From an archaeon (lineage in GTDB: Archaea > Iainarchaeota > Iainarchaeia > Iainarchaeales > 1-14-0-10-31-34), in assembly GCA_043819075.1 (NCBI GenBank), contig JBDRFE010000069.1, positions 1 through 14,923 on the forward strand: a DNA stretch of 14,923 nt, read 5' to 3'. A program made the translations under genes and the position numbers. This document shows positions 7,101-14,000 of the stretch, in pieces. Each line of letters starts with the position of its first letter. Within the stretch, counting starts at the first letter, position 1. Under the pieces are notes generated by a model. That model was not told the DNA's origin, did not search any database, and was given only the letters and a program-made list of their open reading frames with translations.

Positions 7101-7984
7101 GAGAAGAAGCAGGTCCAACAGCAAAAAAATGCTGGTTTGAAGAAATAATGCTGGCAGGAGATGCGGCTTCACCTTTAATTCCATTAGGTATGGTAGGGCA
7201 CGGTGCTGTTGCTGTTGGAAAAAGTTCAGCAAAAACAGTGAAAATAATTGACAGTATAGGCAAAGGAATAGGAAAAATTGCCACAGACTTATGGGCTTAC
7301 GGAAAACAAGGAATAGATTATTTTGCCAGATGGCTTGACAATACAGGGGTTTTTAAAAAAGCGGTTAATCTTGGATTTGATACAACAAAATGGGGTGATG
7401 AAGCAATAGAAGGCTTGGAATACTTTGTTAAGTCGTCTCCTGACGGACAGAAAGCAGCAAAAAGAATTGCAAAAGAGTTGGGGGAAGATACTGCTGAAGA
7501 AGCTTTTAAAGCACTAACTAAACTGGAAAAAAAAGGAATAGATACAACAAAATTAAGAAAGGCGATTTATGATTCTGCTATAGACTTAGATAATCAAGTG
7601 GTAAAATACGGCGAACAAAGCGCACAAGCAAACATTGCCAGAGGCTCATTAAATGGCTATTTGTTTGAAGCAAAAGCCAGTTCGCATACTCGTTTTATAG
7701 ATGATGTTAGTGAAATTAGCCATGTTGTAAAAGATCCTGCCACTGGTTTAGACATCACTGATTTTGATGCCATAAGAAAAAATAATTCAATTTTAGAATT
7801 TAAAACCAGTTATCCGACCGCATACGAAATAAAAAGCAAGATAAACAAATTATATAAAGCTAAATTAATTGAAAACAGGGGAAGCATTACATTTGTGTTT
7901 GAAAACCAGCCTCTGCCAGAAGCGATCAATGTTCTCCAAGAGGCAGTGAACCAGGGAAAAATTTTAGGATGGGAAATATTATGA
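4181..7984 (+). CDS. Large secreted modular protein, putative polymorphic toxin with a C-terminal PD-(D/E)xK (REase-fold) domain
   Basis: Signal peptide MKTGFNAITAVMLFFLLVSATAA. Cys-rich region ~4460-5122. Four carboxypeptidase-regulatory-like repeats ~5135-6187. Two PEGA-like domains ~6350-6850. Hydrophobic AVPIVAVALAAV from 6917 and Gly/Ala-rich LIPLGMVGHGAVAVGK. Terminal GYLFE...TDFD...LEFK motif set. G-rich SD at 4172-4178. Confidence 0.75.
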   Translation: MKTGFNAITAVMLFFLLVSATAAGNGFIVPLFDSQKISGLTVQKQPEIKAELKPNLETLNITVQEFNAIIQETSIKKSFSVQGKQAVSKDSTECSALSENQKIPAPTQALLDISCQGQASIGGCSGLNCSGIQSLLCSYCSSVNPSINHLSSCTPSSCPSGYFDQGVVCQPSGACNNCDGSNCDYDCAHQSLSCTRTCTTNPCTNPDYPNYCDGYCWSNCSSVGLYGGKCCNGSWRCCNSSSYPQLCCPDSGNPIMCTTQNDSCLSNGCSVNYPYKCNNKCWSCPTGTNLCCPSSGDPSHCCGTGQVCQSSGTCYTPPTNARIYGYLKDHYGNPLPGRTMRLTDCSDNTQYSDTTESNGYWEIIAPANSFKLKTDVWWGTIVWNVSGQECYSYSAQDYFLGDLQVNTETVNYGYLKNEYGNGWNNILVELTSCSDNVIISDRTNLDGYFNLRALKGNYKLKTHMPWGVIEWTVNEVECPLYYWNEWNIGTLPINANAIVSGQIVGHQNNGLQGVEAKLTQCFGSNSYSDFTDLQGNFSVSAPKNYYKFQTVFGWGTIKWIIDNNECNLFTGNNISLGTLPKIDSTIHGYFHDLDNNPISGLRVELFDCSDNFVAYVTTSSTGFFSIYNDAGKYQLKVVIQGYRIPLTDLQGNSCFVFFGDLDLGTLNINPSINCSGFNNTCYNNNWRLFSCYFDSTVPSCVCYYEVCEFGCTERQNYCNAGQQELIKIDVDSINNNFNALPGARIYLDNEFKGTTDSFGKKDVYAFPGFRTIKVLCPDSSFCSEKGIYLNSTAWEYFDCSCGIQKGDIQVNVDNANDYPVANVYVFLDEDYSKEAGLTNAFGFTYIEGIAFGSHRIDIRYKVTNPDYAGDYQITQYINLNQPKQTVDFTAIISSSYIISDSGNSADKNFGAQAVPIVAVALAAVDVISVGLSTEEYCKCINNVDGEAFGGGYENCFNSIKQCSGNMKSCIDVIREEAGPTAKKCWFEEIMLAGDAASPLIPLGMVGHGAVAVGKSSAKTVKIIDSIGKGIGKIATDLWAYGKQGIDYFARWLDNTGVFKKAVNLGFDTTKWGDEAIEGLEYFVKSSPDGQKAAKRIAKELGEDTAEEAFKALTKLEKKGIDTTKLRKAIYDSAIDLDNQVVKYGEQSAQANIARGSLNGYLFEAKASSHTRFIDDVSEISHVVKDPATGLDITDFDAIRKNNSILEFKTSYPTAYEIKSKINKLYKAKLIENRGSITFVFENQPLPEAINVLQEAVNQGKILGWEIL
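5135..6187 (+). repeat. Four tandem ~88-aa protein repeats (prealbumin-like/carboxypeptidase regulatory-like beta sandwich)
   Basis: Each unit reads xxG(Y/Q)...N(P/G)...L(T/F)xC...T...G(Y/N/F)(W/F)...(Y/F)(K/Q)(L/F)...C...(L/I)G(T/D)L, with two conserved Cys per unit. Confidence 0.85.
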
Positions 7985-9135
7985 GTGACCATTTGACAGC
8001 AAAATTTGATACTGAAGCAACTGATTGCAACCAAGATAATATAAGGAAGAAAATTTTGTATGAGGCAGTTGAATTGTTTCTTGCAATAGAAGAATATATT
8101 TACGGAATAACTATTGGCGGCATAAAAAGCTACGACTATGAAACAAAAAAATACAAGCACTACTATCTTTCTGGAGAACTGGAACTCAAAAAAGAAAAAT
8201 TTGAAAAATTCTATGAACAATATGAAGAACAGCCTGAAACAAGAAAAAATCGTATAAAAGAAAAAAAATTTTTTAAAAAAACAGCAATTCCTTTTGGAGA
8301 ATACAACCCGCTTAAAATAGATTGGGCAATTTCTTGGCACCAAGACAAAAAAAATAAAATGACCATAAAATTTCGTTCGTCACCAGGCGACATTCCCTCT
8401 TTATGCCAAAAAGAGGAGTCTTTATTTGGATATGGTTATTCCCCAAAAAAACCAGTAACCAACGAATTTATTTCATTCCTGAAACAAGCAGTTGAAAAAT
8501 TAAATGGCAAAAACATAGCATTTGGCATATTCCATGATGATGTGAATTTGGCTGAATTTCCCGGAAAAGACAGCGTGGAAGAAATTTATCCAACACAAGA
8601 AAAAGACGAAATCCGGGTGGAAAGAATAATGGAACACAAACTTGGCATGTGCGGAGCAGATGCGCTTCTAGAATTAATGGAGGAAAAAAAGATTTCAGAT
8701 TTTTGGGATCAAAGTGTATTCCATAAAGGGGGAAACGATTTTAGAGGAGACTTTAAAACATGGTATTCAATTAATGAACCATTAGAGGAAGTAAAAAAAG
8801 AAAAAAGAAGATGCATTGAAATAGAACTTGGAATAGACCTAAGAAAAGACTTTGATTGTGCTAAAACTAAGGAAAAAATAAAAAAAGTGGTTACAGAACA
8901 TTTAAAATCAAAGGAAAGAATTTCTGAAATAATGGATCATGAATTAGATAAAGAAACTGAAAAAATGATCAAAGAAAAAGAAATAGAGCACTGGAGTGAA
9001 GACGCAAAACAAGGGCTTAAGTCTTTGATGAAAATAGGTGGCAAACAAGGAATTTCAAGCATCTTTAACACAATGAAATATGTTGAAAAAGAAAAGCAAA
9101 AAACTGGAAAGAAAACAGAAGGTGAAAAAAAATGA
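7981..9135 (+). CDS. Hypothetical cytoplasmic protein, candidate immunity protein
   Basis: The ATG at 7981 forms an ATGA 4-bp overlap with the stop of the upstream gene, so it is preferred over 7969. No signal peptide or TM segment; K/E-rich C-terminal half. The immunity role is inferred from position only. Confidence 0.65.
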   Translation: MSDHLTAKFDTEATDCNQDNIRKKILYEAVELFLAIEEYIYGITIGGIKSYDYETKKYKHYYLSGELELKKEKFEKFYEQYEEQPETRKNRIKEKKFFKKTAIPFGEYNPLKIDWAISWHQDKKNKMTIKFRSSPGDIPSLCQKEESLFGYGYSPKKPVTNEFISFLKQAVEKLNGKNIAFGIFHDDVNLAEFPGKDSVEEIYPTQEKDEIRVERIMEHKLGMCGADALLELMEEKKISDFWDQSVFHKGGNDFRGDFKTWYSINEPLEEVKKEKRRCIEIELGIDLRKDFDCAKTKEKIKKVVTEHLKSKERISEIMDHELDKETEKMIKEKEIEHWSEDAKQGLKSLMKIGGKQGISSIFNTMKYVEKEKQKTGKKTEGEKK

Positions 9136-9168
9136 AAAAATGCCGCCAGAATATTGGGGGGAGTTGAA

Positions 9169-9903
9169 GTGAGCAAAAACATAATTGCCTACAGTTTTTC
9201 TTTGAATAAAATAAGCAATATATTAAAGAGCCAAAAAAAAGACTGCGGCGAAGAAATATTTTTTGTCTTATCTAGAGGGCTCATCAAAAACAAAAAACTA
9301 AAAAACGAAATTATAAGAAGGCTAAATAAATGCATCTTTAACGGAATTCTAAACCTAGAAAAATTTTGGGAATATTTGTATTCTGTCGGCCCTCTGGAGG
9401 AATTAAATTCAATGCAATTTCACGAACAAATAAAATTTTTGGAAGACAACGAAAATACTGTGGGAATACTTGCAGATAAAAAATGGGCAGACGTTGCCAA
9501 AAAAGAGTTTGAAAAAGAAGATTTAAAATACACTATATTTAATCCTTGGAGGAGTTCTGAAAGCAGAGAAAGAGAAGCATACAATATATTATATGAAGAA
9601 CTAAAAAAAGAGGGTTGCGAATATTATCATTCTGTTATAAGAGAAACAGACACAAATAAAATCATGAAAAAAGCAGTTAAGGAATTTCATATAGATAACA
9701 CTAATGGCAATTGGTTGACAAACATCAACAAAATAAATGATTTCAATAAATTCTCAAAAAACACAAAAAAAGAATTGGCTAAAAAAATTCAAAACATAGA
9801 ATGGATTCCGCGACAAGAAAACAAAAAAATACTGGAACCAGTAAAACTTATCAAAAATGCACTAAAATGTAAGGAGGACACAATTCATGAAATGCTTGAA
9901 TAA
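9169..9903 (+). CDS. Hypothetical cytoplasmic protein, candidate second or orphan immunity protein
   Basis: Long open frame; the GTG at 9169 is preceded by GGGGGGAG (9156-9163), so it is preferred over the TTG at 9154. Hydrophilic, no recognised motif. Confidence 0.6.
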   Translation: MSKNIIAYSFSLNKISNILKSQKKDCGEEIFFVLSRGLIKNKKLKNEIIRRLNKCIFNGILNLEKFWEYLYSVGPLEELNSMQFHEQIKFLEDNENTVGILADKKWADVAKKEFEKEDLKYTIFNPWRSSESREREAYNILYEELKKEGCEYYHSVIRETDTNKIMKKAVKEFHIDNTNGNWLTNINKINDFNKFSKNTKKELAKKIQNIEWIPRQENKKILEPVKLIKNALKCKEDTIHEMLE

Positions 9904-10678
9904 AAAAAATTCCAAAAACTTTGTTTTGATTTTCCTGATTTTAAGCCTGGCTTTTTCAGGAGCTGAAACAGAAATGACAGGCCAAATACAGCCTTCAGGC
10001 GGGCTGGAAGTTACACCACAGATTACAATAAATATTCCTTCAGAGGAAATGGAAAAAGAAATTTACACTATTGAAATAACAAAAGAAAACCACGTAATAA
10101 TTGCAGCAGGAATGGAAGTGCAGGAATACAATGCAACAGCAACAGTAACTGAAAAAGAAACAGCAAACCAAAACACTTACACTCCTTCAACCGCAGGCAG
10201 TGTTATAGGAACAGCAAAAAAACAGCCTGCAAGCCAGAAAATAAATGAATTAACTGTAACAGAAGAAGAAGATTCAACTACAATAGAATTCATTTTAATG
10301 GATGAAAAAGAAAACCAGATTAAAATAGAAAAAACAAAAGAAAAAATTTTTTTGGAATCCAACGGAGTTACAGCTGAAACAAAAGAAAAAATAGAAATAA
10401 CAGGCAATGGAATAACAATAGAAAAAAACGGAACAAAAAAAGAATTAAAACTGCTGCCTGACACAGCAAGAGAAAGAGTTTCAGGGTTAATTGATGAAGT
10501 AAAAGAAATTGAGTTACTGGCACTGGAAAAAGAAACAGTCTATAAAACAAGTGGAACAAAAAACGGGAAACTGCTTGCATTAATTCCAGTTAAAATGGAA
10601 ATAAGCGCTGAAGTGAACACTGAAACAGGCAAAATAAAAGAAACAAAAAAGCCTTGGTGGAGTTTTCTAGTGATTTAA
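9887..10678 (+). CDS. Secreted or surface protein with a C-terminal PepSY-like 'LLALIPV...VNTETG...KKPWW' domain
   Basis: SD AGGAGG at 9872-9877; basic N-region plus hydrophobic core FVLIFLILSLAFSG; E/K/T-rich body; C-terminal pattern I recognise from uncharacterised DPANN/CPR proteins. Confidence 0.75.
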   Translation: MKCLNKKNSKNFVLIFLILSLAFSGAETEMTGQIQPSGGLEVTPQITINIPSEEMEKEIYTIEITKENHVIIAAGMEVQEYNATATVTEKETANQNTYTPSTAGSVIGTAKKQPASQKINELTVTEEEDSTTIEFILMDEKENQIKIEKTKEKIFLESNGVTAETKEKIEITGNGITIEKNGTKKELKLLPDTARERVSGLIDEVKEIELLALEKETVYKTSGTKNGKLLALIPVKMEISAEVNTETGKIKETKKPWWSFLVI

Positions 10679-10679
10679 A

Positions 10680-11096
10680 ATGAAATCAGGAAAATTTGAA
10701 AACTGGTTTGGGCTTAGCAAAGAAAGCTTTAAGTCATGCTTAAAGTACGCTCTAATTCTTGGGGCAACACAAGTATTGCTTGGGATACTAAGTTTTATGG
10801 CTTTCGAGTATATTAGTGCTTTTGCTTTGATTATTTTTGCGGTTATTAATTTTGCTGCCACCTTTACAATTGTTTTCTTTGCATTAAAAAGCATTTTAAA
10901 TGCATTTCCAAAAGAAAACAAACTGTATTTAGCTTTGTACATTTTTGGAATAAGTTTAATTGTTTTTTTTGTTGCTGCTTCATTAATTGCCGGGCAGTTA
11001 AGCAATCCTCGCGGGACAGTCATTCAGCTTTTAGCAACAGCTCTTGCCATAAAAATGACAAAAACTCCTAAACAAAAACTAAAGGAGGAAAAATGA
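10680..11096 (+). CDS. Small integral membrane protein (about 4 TM helices)
   Basis: Four hydrophobic stretches with Lys-rich ends; 1 nt after the upstream stop and directly abutting the downstream start. Confidence 0.8.
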   Translation: MKSGKFENWFGLSKESFKSCLKYALILGATQVLLGILSFMAFEYISAFALIIFAVINFAATFTIVFFALKSILNAFPKENKLYLALYIFGISLIVFFVAASLIAGQLSNPRGTVIQLLATALAIKMTKTPKQKLKEEK

Positions 11097-14000
11097 ATGA
11101 AACCCGGAGTTTATGTTTCAGTTGCATTGGTTTTGCTGGTTTTATTGGCTGGTGCATTAAATGCAACAGCATTTTATGATTCAATGATTCCGTTAAATTC
11201 TTTATCTGATAAAGAAACAGTTTACAGCCAAAATAATCCATCAAACAATTTACTGGATTCAAAAATACATAAAGACCTTCAAAACAAAATAAGTGAAGCA
11301 CCAAAAGAAAAAACTGTTACACTATTCAAAGCCACAAATGAAAATGAACTGGATTCAATGGAAGCATTAATTGAATCCGCTGGAGGAAAAGTGTTAAGCA
11401 AAAACAAGATTGGAGATGTAATAACTGCAGAAATTCCTGCTGAAAAAATACCTGAAATAGTATTCAGTGACTCAGTTGAAAGTGCCTGGCCTGACAGAGT
11501 ATTTCATGCAACATTAGAAGAAAGCGTGCCACAAATTAATGCCCCTTTTATGTGGGAAAATGATTTGAATGGAAGCGGAATAAAAATAGCTGTACTTGAC
11601 ACAGGAATTGATTCTTTTCATCCAATGCTTCAGGGAAAAATAATCCTGGAAAACACTTTCACTGGAGAAAGCGCTCAAGATGTTTTAGGGCACGGAACCC
11701 ATGTAGCAGGAATAATTGCCGGAACAACAGAAAACGGAGGAAAATATAATGGTGTTGCCCCAGGAGCGTTATTGTTGAACGTAAAAGTGCTGGACAACAA
11801 CGGCTATGGAAGTGAATCAGAAATAATTAATGGAATTAACTGGGCTGTTGACCCAGACGGAAATTCCGAAACAGATGACGGAGCAGACATAATAAATATG
11901 AGTTTAGGAGGCCCTTACGCTGACCTGAATTCACCAATTGTTTCAGCTATAAAGGATGCAATTCAAGCAGGTGTTATAGTTGTAGTTGCTTCTGGAAACT
12001 GTGGTTCAGGATGCCCTTCAAGCAACTGCCATGGATTCATTGGAGTTGAAACTCCCGGAATTTCTCCTGAAGCAATAACTGTGGGGGCAGTAGACAAGCA
12101 AAACAATTGGGCTTGCTTTTCAAGCGGGGGAACAATAAGCGAAAACATTAAACCAGATGTGGTTGCTCCCGGAGTAAACATTAATTCGTCTGTTCCAGAA
12201 GGTTATGCAGCATATAGCGGAACAAGCATGGCAACACCTCATGTTGCCGGAGCAGCTGCACTGCTTTTGCAGTCAAATGAAAATCTTTCCCCAGAAGAAG
12301 TAAAATATGTTTTGGAAGCAACTGCACAAAAATTAGGCGAACCGGGAAAAGACATTAAATATGGTTCTGGATTAATTGATGCAAGCAAATTCATTCCACC
12401 AAACGTAAACAAATTACTTAAATATAAAGTTGAATTACCTGAAATAGTTTATTTATATGATGAAATAATTATTTCTTTGACTCCTTTGGCTGACAGCATT
12501 GAAAGCGCTTTTGCAGTAATAAAAGACCCTGATAACACAGAATATAAAATTCAGATAACAAACACAAGCCAAAACAGCTGGCAGGGAATCTTTAGCAACA
12601 CTGGAATCACAGGAATTTATTCTGTTGATATTTTCATTTCAAACAAAGTTGGAAACATAACAGAATTCAACGAAAATTTTGGTGCGATAAGATTTGATTC
12701 AAACACTGCATTCATTGAACAAATAATTGCGTCAAACAATGTTTCTTTTGACGAAAATTTTTCTGCAACAATTGTATTCAAAAATAACGGCAGTTCTGAT
12801 GTTAATGCAATAATTGAAGCCCAGATAATTGATGAAAACATTTTAATGGCTTCAATTGAAAAAAATGTTTTTGCAGGGCCAAACAGTGAAAACTACGTTG
12901 ATTTTTTATTTGGTCCCCTAGAAACTCTTGGGTCAAAACAAATTCTTGCAATAGCTTCTTTTGAAGGAGAATACCACACAAAAGAAAAAACTTTTACTGT
13001 AACAGATAACACTGAACCAGTAATTGATTCAGTTAACTTTGAAAGCAGTGTAAACAAAAACCAGCCGGCTGTAATGGAATTAATAGTAGAAGATACAAGT
13101 GATGTCAACGGAAACCTTGTTTTAACAAATTCTCTCAATCAACTCCAGACAATCCCTTTGAAGCTTGTCTGGGGAACCGGAACACAAAAAAAATTAACTG
13201 CAACATATTACGGAACAAACTTGTTAGGTGAAAATGATTTTTATTTAGAAGCATGCGATTCAGTTGGATTATGCACTTCTTCAGAAAATTATGGCTTTAC
13301 AGTGCAGGACTGCAATAACAGGCATGTTTTAATTGTATCAGAAAATGAAAGCAGTGAACCAGAAAGGTTTACAAGTTTTTTGGAAAACTATTGTGTTTCA
13401 TTGCTGAACACCAAAAAAAGCAGTTTGCCTGAAGATTCTTCTTTTTTTGGGAACTTTGAGTTAATTATCTGGCTTACAGGAACAAGGTACAACGAAAACG
13501 TAAGCAATGAAGCAGCTGCATTGCTTTTGGATTCAAATACAAATATTGTTCTGGAAGGAGAGGATATTGCATTCAACCATTTTTCTGATGAATTCATGGC
13601 AAAAGTTGCTAATGCAGTCTTTGACAAAGAACTTTTACTAAAGGATTACAATGGAAGTGTCCAGCTTGAAATAACCAGAAACCATCCTTTATTTAATTCA
13701 CTGGCTGTTTTGGATTTCAATCCAGTTTTATCACTTTTCCCTGATTCATTGATTCCAGTAAACAATGGAGTTGAACTTGCTTCATGGAATGCTGACGGCA
13801 ATAAAAGCAGTGCAATAATTGCAAGTAATACAGGCAGTAAAAAAACCTTGTTTTTGCCTTTCAGTTTGCAGGCATTAGGAAGCAAACAACAAATTTTTAT
13901 CCAGAATATGCTTGACTGGATGTTAACAGATTCTGAGCAAGCAGATTTGGTTCCGAAACTGGTTGAAGTTTATCCTTCAATAGAAGGAAGCAATTTCATT

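Noticed and set aside
9133..9135. TGA read-through or recoding that fuses the in-frame 7981 and 9154 ORFs
   Set aside because: TGA clearly ends other genes here (1598, 2730, 7984, 11096), Trp is encoded by TGG, and the downstream ORF has its own SD and GTG start.
11093..11179. ATGA-overlap start at 11093 as the protease start
   Set aside because: That frame closes after 28 codons. The ATG at 11097 gives the signal peptide and the catalytic frame.
1077..13885. Short antisense or alternate-frame ORFs (for example 1077-1286, 2987-3292, 4668-4946, 6865-7284, 7810-8343, 10667-11023, 11963-13885 set)
   Set aside because: All lie within or opposite longer genes with clear motifs. Their Phe/Ser/Leu-rich composition is the expected mirror of A-rich coding strands.
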